From the NCBI GenBank assembly GCA_000002435.2, contig CM018793.1: a DNA stretch of 64,000 nucleotides; one strand, given 5' to 3'. Under the pieces are notes generated by a model. The model worked only from the letters and a program-made list of their open reading frames with translations. It made no database searches and was not told the DNA's origin. Within the stretch, counting starts at the first letter, position 1, and each line of letters opens with the position of its first letter. This DNA is from Giardia intestinalis. Taxonomy: Eukaryota. Position numbers and translations under genes: made by a program. Of the stretch, positions 1 through 15,000 are shown piece by piece.

Positions 1-3000
1 CATCGCCAGCGGTACGGTCAATGGCATCTGCGATTGCACTCTTGCTTGTCTCTGCTATGCCGAGCTCCGCTTGCTTAACCTTGTCGCTGGATTGTGCAGT
101 CCTCTCTTTGTATAGATACGTACCCACTATCATTTTGTAAGCGTCTCCCGCAAAGTTTAGCAACGTAAAGACAGCCTTGTTATGAGTGAAGTACTCGTAC
201 CAGTCAGAAAACCGTCGAGGATTGTATATGGAGAGCAAAGAGAAGAGCTTCCAACTGTACACCACGGTGGGGCTGCATCGAAAAGAAGTGGGACAGCTTG
301 CTGCAATCTGGCGGGCATAGTTGTAGAGAGGCAAATGGCTATTAAACTTGTCAGAGAAATGGGAGACCAAGAACCTTATGTCATTGACTAGTATCATCTT
401 GAGCTGAGTCAAATCGTCTGGATGGCCTAGCTTGAAGCACAGATTGTATATGGATATGAAAAGATTGATGTAGAGCCCCCGTTCTCGCTCTGGTAGCAGT
501 AAGACAGTATTCTCTAAGATGTAGTGTGCAGTATTGACAATGGCAGTGAAGGCCCGAGATGGATTGGACCCTACGTGGTCGTCAAGATAGGAAAGGTGGC
601 ACTCAAAGAAGTGGTCGGTGAAAACAGTCGCAATACTTGGGTGAATCAGGGACATCTGCCTCAACAGCAAGAGTATGCTTGTAATGGCTGTTCCAAAGTA
701 TTTGGCATATTCGCTTATTGTCGAGCTTTCCGCGATTTTCTTTGCAAGCTCCTCTCTATGCTCTATACAGCGTTCTACTCCAATGCAGTACAGATTCATT
801 TCGGCAAAGTCAAAGCCCTCACTGTCCTTAGATGCATGCTGTAGATGAACAAAAACAGCATTGGACTCTTCACGTTTGACCAAGCGACTCATGATCTCCT
901 TCTTGGAAAGTATATACTTCTCGAGATTGTTTGCGATGTTCTCGATATTCCTGTGAAGTCTGTCAGAGCATTCAAGGCAGCTCTCACGGCGAACTATCTC
1001 AAGACCATCAAATCCGTTAACATAAAGGGAGTACACGCTTGAGAACTTTTCTGATATTTCGCGAAGCTTGTACTGCAGCTCATGTTCCGTCACAGATGGA
1101 TTTTGCATCCTAAGAAGATTGAGCGAGTTAGACTTAAACTGGAACTTGGGAGCGTTCAGAGTAGACATGTCACAGTTACGAAGATTGATAAAACCTGTTT
1201 CCAAGAGAAACTTAAGTGAAGCTCCTGTGGTAAGGACATAGTATATTCTATAGTCATGCAACGGGCGGACAATATCTACTGAGTATGTTGTTGTCACAGA
1301 CACTCTTGCATTTCTCTTTGTTAATCTGGACTCGATAAGCAGTGCTAGCTTTGTCAGTATCATCATGTTGAGCATTGGCATTGCTGCAGATCCAAAGTTC
1401 AGAAATACAATAGGCTTGTCTTGAAGCAGTGCATGCTTAAGAAGAGCCTCAAATATGGGTGGCGGAAGGTGACAATCTAAATATATCAAAAGCTTTCTAC
1501 GGACCTCGTGATAGTTATAGCAAGTTGATGGAGCGCCAAAACGCACGTTTGAAGGTAGCCTTTTGTATGACACCGCCGAATATTTTAGACTGGCTATCTG
1601 CTTTAGAAGATCTTCAAGCTCAGCTATAAGGTAGTGCATCTCATTGTACTGGGCAACGCCCTTTTCAGGCCTCTTGCCAGTGTCGCCATGACTGCCTTGT
1701 GTACCGAGCACTAGATCCTCGATGGTAGCGTTTATTGCTCCCGTCGCATTGTACTTCTCTAGCGCTTGCTCCACATTAACCCCCATGGCCGATAGCCGCT
1801 GCTTACAGTCTTCGAGACGAGCCTCTAATAAGTACACTTCGCAGGCGGGTATTATAATGCGTGCCAAATCGCTTGTCACAAAGAGGAACTTGAACCCAAA
1901 CTTGATGTACTGTAGTAGTATAATAATTTCTTGAATCAACTTTGGATCTGGATTACATAGTGAGCAAGTAAGTTGCGTCCTCCACCTGGGCCACATGAGG
2001 TCCTCGCAAAGCATGAGCAACCGTGAAGGGAGACCGTAGTTGGAAAGCATGTCTGACCGTTGGATCAACTCGTCGCTGGTTGAAAGATTAAACAAAGATT
2101 GCAGCATTACCGTGCTATTGTCAGAGTAGGAGGTGTTTAGGGAATTATTCATAATCTTTCTATTCTTGAGACACTCAAACAAGCCCAGTTCAAACTGCAC
2201 ACAATTGCCCCAAATGGATGTTATGAACGGGTAGAATAGCAGTCTGGCTGCAATAAGCGGTCCATCACAGCATGCATTTTGAAGCATGATCACGGCACGA
2301 ATAAAGTCCAGCTTAACCTTAAGCTTTATGGAAACAAGCTGGTCCCGGAGATAAATGATGTCGTTGCGGATAGAGGGCGAAAACAAGCCATTGCGAATGC
2401 CGTTATCAAAAAGGGTGATGCTGGACAGGATCTTTTGAATAAATGTGATTGTCTTCAAATGCTTTGCAATAAGCTCGTTTGTGTAATAGCTTGCAACTTC
2501 GGAGAAGCGCGCAAGACTGTATGGGATTGAATGTGAGACGTTCTGCATGCAGCACTTATAGATGCAGAGTGTAGTTTGGCAAAAGATCTCGCAGTACATA
2601 CTACTATATGCATCGTGAAGCGGGGTTTCTGAGTGCTCGTGCTGTGTGATAAAAGGCTTAGGGTCAAGATTATATGGAATATTTGATAGAATAAAGTAAG
2701 GGATTGCCCTAACGAGCTGCAGACTGGGCGTTGCTGTTTCAGACGCCTTGTATGAGCCTTGTAGTATATTCTCAGCAGTCCCTACTTGCAGCGAATGTAT
2801 CCTATCGTTCTCATCAATCGTGTGCCGTATGACCGGAAGCTCTTGCAATGGAAGAGGATGATCAACGCTAGTATCTGCGAATACCACCAGCGAAAAGGAT
2901 CTAGAGAGGATGTTGATAATCTCCTTCCCAGATAGCATGGTTGTGAGGCAGAAGTACTTGGCCAAGAGAGCACCCAGCACTCGAACTTCTCCGTTTGTGA

Positions 3001-6000
3001 AAAGGGACAATAGACTGCTACCAGACTCTACTATGGAAAGGATACCAATGGCAGGAGATTTGTTAAGGAGAGCATTAAATAAGGACATAGGGATCGTCAC
3101 CATAATATCTGTGGGTGTGGAGAGAAAGAGGTCAGTATATTCCTCTGCGTTGATTTCGAGACTACCCCTATTGATGTAGTGCAGTAGGTAGTCTGGAATT
3201 GTGGACGAACATCGATCACATAGATACGTTGACGAAGTGGGTGTAAAGTCCTGGAAGGCAATGAGCGGGTTAATACCTAATGCTATAAGAACTGCAGCTC
3301 GAATAATATAGTGGGATGCAGCCGCCTCGCTCTTGGCAGTGAGGGTCGAAACAAGGGCGTCAGTTAATTCTATCATAAGGTTCTCGGAAGCTACCGTTGT
3401 AGTCACCGGCCTTGATTGCAAGGACGAAGTAGTAATGTTATTTGGCTCAGGCTCAGAGTCCGACTCTGATCCTCCCACAGTTTGGTGCATAAGCGATTGA
3501 ATCATGGTCTGTGTATCTATTAGAATTCTTTGCCGCCGCTTGATGGCTATCTCTGTAGGTTCTTCAGTGATGGAGAGAAATGCACGGAGATCGAAGTTCT
3601 TGGCCGCATGAGCTAACAGTGGCCCATCACACTCAGAAAGACTTCGACCGGAGATAGTTTGATGCAGAGAAGTTACGCTACGGGAACAGGAAAAGCTGTT
3701 GGCTTGTGAATCGGCGTCAATACCAAAGCCCTCCATGTCTGAAGAAAAGGTCTGTTGTGCGACTTTTAGAAACGTCTTCCGATTGGAAATCCTATAGTTC
3801 CCCATAGTTTGGAGCGCATGCAAGAACGAGGAGTAGAGCGTCCCCGACATCTCTAGCTGAGACATCAGGAATACTGGCACACGCAGTGCTAATGCCTGCA
3901 TACTCTTGGCGTCTGCTGGAGAGTGTAGCTTAGAGAACAATCCCGGATTTCTTAGGTACTTAATATAGTAAAATACCTTTAAGGAATTCTGCTCCATAAG
4001 CATGGATATATCTATGGTAAGGGTGAATACTCTATTGCAAACAGTGGGGTCCATGGCATCCAGTAAACACTCGTGCACCACAGACGAGTGTACCTCAAAA
4101 ACTTGACGATTGATAGAATTGTTGTGTGGATTGTAAAAAAGCAGCTTAGCATAATGCTGTCGTGCTCTTGCACATGCGTCCACAAAATGCTTATATTTTC
4201 CCCCATCATTGAGTAGCTCAATGTCACCTGAATAGTGAAATCTCTTTATGCTGGAGCCAGACTTAAACTTCTGAGAGTCTATAAGGGTGCCATCTATATC
4301 ACCAGGGGCCTTGGAAATATTAGACGATGACGTTCCTGTGTTACAAAATGATCGCTTAAACACTGCCTTAAGAACTCGAAGTTCCCAGTTGGGAAGTGCC
4401 TGGACCCCTGTATGGGAGCTCATGGAAATGAGCGTATTGGTCCGAAGGTACTTGCTCATGTTTTCTGGATTTAGTGGTCCATATGGCCCATGTGGCGCCA
4501 GACGGCCTATTGCCACGGCAGATGCCAGTTCATCCAGTATGCAAGACACGTGGCTATGCTTAACAGCAGGGATATTGCGGAGTGCACCCATAAGCGATCC
4601 TAAGGTCACAGCGCTCAATTGAATGTTATCTAGATCTACAGAATCAATGTACTTTTGCAATCTTTTCATCTCAGAGATAACCCTGAGAATAGAGACAGGA
4701 AGATGGTATTCTACAAGCAATAGTCCCTCTATGAATTGCAGAAGGTAGGAGTCCGAGTACTCATATAGAAACTCTTGTTCTGGTTCCGTAACTCCAACAT
4801 AAAGATTGCAGTCGTATTTGTTTTTAGTATGTACAGAGGAAACACGCGGCTGAGGTGCAGATGCCACATGAGCTTGAGCAATCTTCGGTGCAAAAGAATC
4901 CAGATTGCTTAGCGACGGATGCTGAAAGTTGCGCTTCAACAACAGCAGTAAAAATTCCTTTGTGTTGTTCATTGGTGGAAGAACAAAGGTGAGTTCGCTA
5001 GCCAAGAAAAAGTCATACAGGTAAGAGCTCTCCACCACAATGGAAATGTTTGGCACAAATATCCCTGAAGAGAAGCGAGCCCCTGTAACACCAGTTAAAC
5101 CACACACAGGGGATCGTTCAGAGTTCTCCATAATAATATACTTTTCTCCCAGAAGCATGGACAGTCTGTCGTTCTGAACTGCAACCTGGGGTTCTGAAGC
5201 ACTAGCGACCAGAGACTCCAGCATAGAAAGCCTCTGTTCGTCAGCTGCGCCTCGTGCAACCAGGGCATCGTCGGAAACACGGTGAGCGATTGTACTTGTG
5301 AGCAAGTTCGTTACGGTTAAGTGGTAAAGAGGCAGCTTGCCGCTTGGAACATCTAAAATTATGCTTTGGTTGATATCCTTTGTCTCATCCAGCAGAGTGT
5401 TATCCTCAGTAACGTCAAGAATAGATAGAGGGCAACCGATAACAGAACTCGCTCTTGCTCTCTTTGCTTTGGAAGATGAGGAATAATGCGCTGCTTCAGA
5501 ACCGTCCTGGTGGGATGCGTTTGCTTCTATCGCAGTCTTTTGAGTACGGGCCGTTTGAATGTTGTGCAGGTAGCACGTACTTATCAGCTTTTGTAGCACT
5601 TCATCAAAGGAATCGATATCGAAAAGAGCAACACATTCGCGCCACACATACTTGCCTAGGAAAATCTCCGCGGCTCTTATATAGGTGCTTTTCCCTGAAA
5701 ACGCCTCTCCAATAAGACAGACGGAGAGCTTTGCCATGATAAAGCTGGACAAGTAGACGATAAATAAGATGCGCTCACAATCAAATGTTAATGTAAGTTC
5801 ATGCTTCGGGGTTGTGCTCTGGTCAAAGAGCCTTTCGAAAGACGCATCAGCAAATATTCCAGAAGAGCACATGTAGGGAAAATGCTGCACACAGAGCCTT
5901 CTTCCTTTATCTGATGCCACAAAATATAGAAAGGATCCATCAGAGTCTGAAACACCTAGATACGAATAAGCTGAAAGATCGTCGTCTTCATCTGCATAAT

Positions 6001-9000
6001 GCTCGGGGAATAGATCGGGAAGTAACGCCATTGCATCGTCAAGATCTGATTTGTTGAGAAGCTGCGCCGAATCTGCAAACATTGACATCACATGTGCCAC
6101 AAATTTCTCGGGCCGATAGACACATTCCACCAAACCCTTTTTGTAGATCTTACTTAACTTGTTCAGAGGCCTTTTAAAATACATTACATGAAGGACATGC
6201 AGTGCATTAAAAACAGCTGCATATATGGGGAGAAACAGGTTGATAATGACAGACAAGTTATCCAAAGCCTCATAGATAAAATTCTGGAGATAGGTAACGG
6301 AAAAACTAACGCTGAAAAACGCTGTACGCGGTGCACTCTGGAGCTGCATGTAACTATCATATTTGGCCAAAGGAGTAGACGATGTAATTGTGTGCAAGGA
6401 GAGATATGAGTCTAGCTGATAAAGCTGTGTGTTCATAACCTCTGGAATTGGCTCGAAGGTAGCGTAAGCCTCGGGGTGGCACGGGCTCAGTACGAGAACC
6501 CTAAAACTAGTCAGGAACAGAACTAACAGTTGACGATAAAGGGTCCACACAATATGAGAGGGAACGATGCTAAACTCCCTGCGCATTAGGTTGTCTGTTA
6601 GACAAGTTATGAAGGCTCCAAACAATTTGCTGCCCAAACGCAATCGCTTTTCGGCAAGACACTCTCCTTTAAGCTCTGCAGTTGTTCGTCGCGAACACAG
6701 CGACTGAAGGTACTGTATGGATAGAGCAGATGTCTTCATGTCTATCAGGGATGTAACTGTGAACAGCTTGCGCGACTTCTCAGTCAGCTGTTCGTCTTCG
6801 GCTAAATGCAGGTGTCTTCCAACATAGTTATTGAGCATGGTGGAAAACTTAAGATACTCAGGCACTACGATTAGTCGCCGCTGGACAGATCCTACATTCG
6901 AACCAATAATGGATGCAGTTTCATAAGCGGTCACTAGCAGAAGACAGCGAGGTTTGTTAAAGAAATCAAATTTGGCTCTAATGTTGTAGTACAGCTCAAG
7001 CTCTGGATAATAACTCTGGAGAGCCGTGATCGAGGAAAGCATGCTTCGGGCCAACGTACCACTTGGTGGATTGAAAATGAATATCAATAATGCCTGGGAG
7101 CCTAGATACATTATAGTTCGAATGTTCTCGTGCAAATCTGCCAACGAATGGATAAAAAAAGGTCTGAGTTTTCCGACTTTGGCAACGAGCTGAGAAAACA
7201 CAACAAGAAGCTGAAAATGCGACTGGCGTAGGGTTATGCTGGATAAAGCCCTAGACTTAACTAGTTGGGCTGTAACACTTTTATTTGACAACTGAGGGAT
7301 CGTAAGCCCTGTGCCTTTTGTACCCTGAAGGACGCTTGTTGACGGAGGAAGTAGGACAACAGGCCCCAGGGAGAGCATGTCCAAACAGAGGGCCAAGGCG
7401 TCGATACCCACTGGCTCTAGAAGAGCAAACTCCTGGGAGAGGGTTTCACAGAATTCGGCATACGTAGGCGTATACATCTGCTTTAGCGTCTTCCACACTT
7501 TCGCGATGTTATTTGCAGTGAAATTACTGTCAGTGCCATGGTGTGTTTTACGTGAAATGAGCATGCCAATATCTATATCGTTGGGTTCCTGAACGCCATG
7601 CAGAACATTGAGCAGACTAACAACTGAATTGAGAACAGCCTTGTGTTGCGGCTGAAGTACAAACGCTCCCTCGATAACGCGTGAAACAATGTCTCTAGCG
7701 GGACGAAGGGTGGTCTGAGACAAAAGAAAGGCAGACAGGGACGTTGCAACAGAGATAGGGTTGCTCATATCTTTGCATCTTTTAAGCACGAGATCGACGT
7801 CTTCCGGTCGAAGTTGTGGAGTAGATAGCCCCGCCGTATTCAGGAATAGGGATATTTCATATAGCTTGGGCCCATACTGAGAAGATCTTTGCAGGAAAAG
7901 ATGGCCAAGCTGATTGGCTTCAGTCTGATGCTTACAGTTACAGTGAGGATATAATGCATCAAAGTTTAGTGCAGTAATTGGAATATCATCGGAGACTGAT
8001 AGGCGATACTCTGTAGACAAGTTTTTCTCTGCAAAGAAGTTGGTTATCTGTTCTTCAGTGGCCTTGCTCTTATGTGAGTGCAGATCGACGTTGTTGGTAG
8101 ACGCGCGGGCCTCTAAGCAAAGGTCGTAAAGAAGCGCATTCGTTTGCTGAAGCAGGCTCACTGGAACTAGCGTGCCATAGTCCTTTATTTCAATCAGGCT
8201 GTGCATTGGGAAAAGCTTTCGAAGTCGCTCTCCCCGAATGGTTAGAGAAAGCTTAGATCCTTCATATACTGCTTCTGGAAGGCAGATGGCATAACCACCA
8301 GGAAATATGGCATCCTTCCCTGTGGAATGAAGAATAGAAAAGTCCAGCGGGCCTGTATCTGCCTGTTCTACGGTCGGTACAGCACCTTTTGCCAAATTAT
8401 AGCTGGAAAGCACATTAATCAAACCATTCAGCTGAGATTCTTCTAAGAATTCAACGCCACAGAGAACGACATAGCGTCCTCCCAAGATCCTTGTGCAAAG
8501 GCGATGAAGAAGAGCGTCAGGATCTGTAGCTGGAGAACAGAAAACAAACTCGTAGCGCATACCAAAATACCTGCAAAGCGTGTGCACAATAATAAGGTAG
8601 TCGATATTGTTGTACGAACGCATGGTATCTCCAACGAGGAAAGCCGGTATTCGGCTCTGCATGCTTATTCCCAGTTGCGAAACAGCCTGAAGTTGCCTGT
8701 AGTTAAGAGGAATACAATCCAATAAGGAAGCTTTTCCTGTATACTGCGCTATGATGGGGATGGCAACATTTGCGCAAGTGACAAGAAGCGTTTCATCATT
8801 CTTTTGAGACAAGAAGTTTTGATTATGAGTCGTATACACTCTGTCTTTGCGCCAGTCTGTCAACTCGCCGCAGGAAGCTGAAGAAGACGCTTCAGTAAGA
8901 GCCGATTCTGTGGGAAGTCCATATGGAAGCGTTGAAATTATGTGATGCATATGCACATTTGGGTGGACCCCGCACGACATAGCTGTGATACATGCTTGGC

Positions 9001-12000
9001 TCTTTGCATCTGCATATAGCTCTGTAAATGCAGCTCGAACCTGACCCTCATCAGATATAAATGATGCTACCTTCTCAGCTGTGGCTGCTCTAGAAAGATT
9101 TGGAATAGCCCGCATTATGTATAATGTCAGAGAATCTTCCATAATAGTCTGCAGTGTTCGTTCATGTTCAGCAATGCGTGCCAGTAGTGCCTGAATGTAC
9201 ATCCTTCTATCGTGCTTGTAATTCCGAAGTGAATAGCAAGAAGTAAGCGATTTATCAGTGAGTACGGTTGCTGTTCCTATTGCTACTGTTGCTACGGCCC
9301 TCTTGAACTCAGGCATACATTTGTAGTATAGCTGGAGAAAATTAACGGGAGAACCATCAAGATGCATAAACACAAGCGTGGATAGTGCGTAATGAACGCA
9401 CTGATAAAGGCATGAGCCTACTAACTCCTCATATCGCTCCTCCATAAGGAGGCGAAGCCCCTTCAAGTACTCCTTAATCAGGGCGGCACGGTGCACAGAG
9501 GGTGCAAACACGGAGGCCCCGAAAGCTGGTAACGTGTCTGGCATGTCTATGGGCTTTAGAAAACGCAGCTGCTCATACCCAGCGCACAACCCCGTTATCT
9601 GTAGACGAGTCGATGAGCCGGTGCCGGTCCGAAGCGTCATAATGTCGTAAATAGAGTTGCTAAATGCACTGCTAGATGTGTGGAACACAATGGGGCGAAG
9701 CTTTCCAGAGGGAACTAATGCTGAGGTGGAAGTGTAGATGTTGTTGTAGAGAACCGCACTCCGAATAAGTGGGCACCGCCGAATCAAATCACTAACGTGG
9801 TGCTGGCCCTGGGCATGGTAAGTAGCAGGAATACAAGGGATGCACGCATACTCTAAGGAAAGATTGCTGGTGAAAGAAGATACAAGCGGAAAACGTAGAA
9901 TTGTATCAGAAAACACTCCTAGAATGCTATCAGCCCGAGCTATATGTAAAGATAACGACCGGATAATATAAGGACAGCGCCGCACTATGCCCCGGAGAAG
10001 TCCAAAACTTCCCACTGTGGGTAGCAGAGATGGCTGCACAGGTGATCCTCTCAATGAGGTTATCTCACCGGATAGACAGCATGCATTCTCCTCAGAAGAC
10101 TCCTTGCAAAGGCTGTGCAGTTGACGCATGATATTGAGAAGAGAAACGACTTCAAGCAACGGGTCTTGAGAAGATAAGAAGGCTTTCCGTAACCGTGGAT
10201 GGGCACTTCCTAATGAAATACTGCAGAGATCCGGAAGTAGGAGCAGAAGCTCAGGAAGAATTGTCATTGCACGCTGAACACATATCGCTAGCGTGTGAAG
10301 GAGAATAAGCTCGGCTTCAAGTCTTCGAGCAACCGTCTGTGTGGACGGTGAATAGTCGTTGAAAAGGATGTAGGCAACTGCAAACATGGCTTCTCGTATA
10401 TACTCCACATGTCTTTTACAGCATACAAGGGTTGGTACACCCAACAAGGATTCCTTGCTTGTAAGATGATCGTGCTGGTTTGGTTGCTTTGTAGTAAGGT
10501 CAAGGCTTCCAGTTATAGACTGAGCACGACTCCGTGTCCGTACATCAGATGCAAGAACGATAGATCCTGCAAACAGATCCTTGTTTCGATCAAGTGACTG
10601 CATGGCAAACAGGCTGTCGTCACGACCTGCCTCTTCATCAACGGAGATATCGTCACTGATGCACTCAAAACTAGATAGTTGTGCCAGAGAGGAATCATCA
10701 GCTGCATCGGCTAGTATTCCCAAACGACTAGAGTAAGCCTCTAACACTTTCTCCTTTGCAAGTATGAGAGTGCGGACTTTCTGTAAAAGCGATGTAAGAG
10801 ATGATGCCTTACCTCCCATGACAGGACCAAGTTTGCTTGCAATTGTATGGTCTGAAAACTCTCCTTTTCCAGTGATCCCCCAGAACGCATAGAGTACAGA
10901 TAAAAGGTGCCCTGACCTGTGTGAAGCAGTCAGTGTGATTGGCTGGAAATTCAGGCCATTAATCCAATCATCAATCTTATTAAGTGTCACCATCGCCTGT
11001 CTATTAACTAAGCCCCGTGCATAAATGGCTGCGGCTGCTTCGAACATAGCATCAGTATTATCGTATAGGAAGAGGTGCTCTACGAGAATCGTACGATCAG
11101 GCTCGAAGTATGTATCGATAGGAGCTGCATGAATGGTTGGTGCACTCCTCAGGAAAGCGTTGAGACCGGTAACCTCACCAAACCCTGCTAGATCCTCTTC
11201 AATGGCGTCAGGGGAAGTCAAAAAGCATAGCAGAAAGAGCCGAGGAGTGATGGCCCGCAGATAGCAGTCTACCTGATCGGCAGTAGAGGTCCAGTTAGAA
11301 TATACGAAAGATGAACGAATAGTGGAGATGGACGTAGCACATATCTCGAGCAGAGTAACAAGGGCCCCGGCGTCTAGATCAATCAGTGCCTTTGAAGGAG
11401 CTGCCTTATAGAGCTGGTTCAGTTTCACAAATGAAGTTACCAGTAAACACAGCGGAAGTAATACTGCTTCGAGTTCGGCTGGCGAGTCAACTAGGTGCAT
11501 GTCTATATTGAGTGCCCTGCTCCAACTAGAAACCCGCAGATAGACGTTCTTAATTTCTTCTATCAAGATATAGAGCTCCATGAACATGCGGAAAACATCA
11601 TAGTGGGCCAAGCTTGGATGATCCACAGGGATGTCTGATTCCTTATTGTCGCATAGATGGCCATGCATGTAAGTTGACGCGACTATGAGACCTTGGCTAT
11701 TTCTTGAAGCAAACAAATCAGACCTCTCAGAGAATTCGAAGTTACAGTCCGTTACCAGAAGATAATCCAAAGGCGATGTTGGAGCCTGTATGGCGCTCTC
11801 TCTAGTAGATTGCTCCGACACACTGTCTGGGCACGGCCGAGAATAGAGATAGGGCCACCTGTAGCCTTGATATGGAAGCTGCCATCCAACATGATATTCA
11901 GTGAATTGACAAGGAAACTCTAACGCTCCATGCTCTGGTTCTAAAGATGAAGGGTGTTCTGTATGTTTATCTGCAGTAACTGGCTGATCCTCCTGAGATG

Positions 12001-15000
12001 CTAACTGAGTATTCAGAATTGGGAATCCATTGACTACTTCTGAGTTAATACTAATATGGATGCAGGTGTAGGCCTGAAGTGTTTTTATAACCTCTGTAAC
12101 AAGTAGAAGGTCGTTCCCCTCGAAATTTGAATACATTGTCTCTAAGTAAGGTATTTCAATGTTTTTACTAAAGATTGGAAACATCTTTCTGAATTGTAAG
12201 GGATTTGTTACCGCTAACTGAAAGTCTGAGAGTTGCATCTTAAGAACCTCGGACGAAATTGCGTAGAGAGCTCCGGTCACCTTGCTAAGCCAGTCTGAAA
12301 ACACCAACAGTACTCGTGAAAAAACGCGAATATGGCGCTTATAGTTAAATCGTGCATTCTTATAGGCATGGTTCACCCAACCTAGTTTAGCAGCCGCCTG
12401 TAATGCTACATGCAGTTCATTACTTGATAGAATTGATGGCTCAGTTGGACGAGGCGCTTGGGCCTGGCTCAAGGCCAGGTGAGGCCTTGGTGTCGTCTCG
12501 TTTTGATCAAAGGAACCTGAGAGTCCAAAAACAGTAGGGATTGTGTGGGTAATTGAATTTCTGATATCATATAAAGTGGAAAGACAATAGGAGTTGCTCA
12601 GTTTCGAGATTGGGCCAAGGAAGTCGCAAAGGTAGCATGCAACTGGAGTCCACTGCTTCACAAATAACCCGTGGTCCTCCATCACAACTAGGATTTTGGA
12701 TAGCTTGTCCAAGTTTAATGTTGTAATATTTAACACGGATTCTGTCAGCTGCAGCACCCGTAACATGTAAGAAGAAGCTTGCGTAATAATCTTTGAAATG
12801 GACTCGGTAATGTTTTGGCGTACTGTAATAAAGGCCGAAATAAGAGAAAGCTTAAAGTCGATAAGACTAACAGTAATACTGCCAGTGGAAACATATGAGG
12901 AAATGGCATAAGCATCTAGTATCTCTTGATCGATAGAACGAACCAGCTCAGCCGATATATGCACCATAAGTACAAGATAATCGACCCCCGACGAATTAGC
13001 CAAAGTAACAATATTCTCATTAGGGGACTCTCCTTTTAGAATAACGCTCACGTAATCCCTAGCAATGGTTTCGATAGCAGACAGCGAACGTACAAATCCT
13101 GGCGAGACCTTCATACTGTCTTCGCCCATGCTAGTATAAGGATTAGGTACTTGAGAAGTGTCAAAGCTTTGTGTCTCGTCATCAGGAGTTTCGCTGGGCA
13201 TTTGTGTTTTAAGTAAGTGTTCAGGAGGCGCTGAGTAGACAGATTTTACATCATCTGCGTCGAGGCTAACGTTTGGTAGTCCACTGTCTACAACGAGCTC
13301 AAAAGCTCGATAGAAGCTGCTAATGTTATTACATGTAGAGAGAAGCTCTACAAGTTTTATAGAAAGAGCCTCAAATAGGGTGTCTATTTGCTTCTTCACA
13401 ACAACATCAGTATCAGATGGTGCAATGAACGCAGTTAGGACAAGCGGAGAATCCATAGTGTCCTTCGCATATATAGGATCATTATCTACATCGGAAAAGT
13501 GCATAGCTGTTGTACTAGAGCTTTGTGGCGGCTTTTCTGTTCTGGACGACGGACAAAGGGGAGGAAGTTGCAAATGCATCCTAGGACGAACTATAGGCTC
13601 TAGAGGTATTAAGATATTAGATTGGCGCTGTTTCAAGCCAAGCCAGGACGAGAAAAATTGGTCCACCTCTTGATCAGGGTTTGACAGAAGTAAGTCTTGT
13701 GTTAGTGTGAATGCAAAGTCGTCTGAATCCGTCTGCGCAAGTTGTTTGACGTTGGAGAGAAGGGCTTTGCATATATATCTGGCTGTGGGGACCTCAAAGC
13801 TATACTTATCTAAGAAAAGCAAGGACCGCGTCCGTCTATCTAGAAGATTGCCCAGGGGACGAGAGTAAACAATGGCAGTTTTTTCGGTGGACGTGGGATC
13901 AAACGATAACTGAGGCGCTAGAACAAGAGAATTGATAGAAGAGATAGAAGACTCCGTGGTGTATAAGCAAAATGACAGCTCGCGAAGGCTTTGTTGTAAC
14001 CAAGCAAAACCTGTCACGGAAGTAGATTGGTGAGTGAAGCCAATACTTGAATTCTTAATAGTGAGTGTAGATGAAATGAACGGTGCGTACATTGATGAGT
14101 CTGTACGAAACTGAAGGCGGGGAAAGCCAGTCACTGATAGCAAACTATCCAGAAGATTACGACTCCACATCTCGTGCATCTGCAAAAAAATATTCCCGAT
14201 GTGTGTCTTTATTTGTTCAACCAATGTACGGAGAAAGCGGGGCCATATGCGATCGAAAGCTCTCATTAGGATGGCGTCGCTAGAAAGATCCTGATTCCCA
14301 TCTGCTAGAATAGAAAGCGCGGTATGAATTACGGAGAGTGGCAAGCCAGATGCAAGTAAGCGATCACGTCTGTCACTCTTCGTCTCGGAGGCCTCTTTGA
14401 GTGATTTGACACGAAGCTGTTTGATCTTTGTTGAAAAGTCAATAGAAAAGGTACTATCTGAAACGCATGTTGGAACAATGCTATCTACCACATAATTCAA
14501 CAGGCTCGACTGCAGAAGAGCAACTATTGTTGAACTTAATATCAAGGGAATGATCTTCTCTACGAAGTATAATCGAACAAGATAATACCGTTCCGCCATG
14601 TTAGATATGGGTAAGAACGATGAGAAAGGTTCCATTAATAGAGACCCGCGCTCCTCTGGTGTAGCTTCAGTTTCATACAGTATTGAAAGGTGTCTCCGTA
14701 GGAAAAGTTCAAGAGATTCGGATACATCTAACGCAGGCTTTTGATTGGCAGTCCTGAGGTTAGAGGTTAATGAGTCTGTGTCTTTCGTCTGTGAAGATAA
14801 AGCAGAAGTATTATGTAAGATTGTAGTAACTCTTTTATCCAGAAGAATTTGCAGATCAGTTTTGATTGCTGTACAAAGCTCCTCGTCTATAAAAAACTCT
14901 GTTGCAAGAGATGACACGATAAAATGAGGAATCTCTACAAGGGCGTCTTCTTCTACCTCGTGCGTACCATCAGGGAGAGGAGTAAGGAGACGAAGGACAT

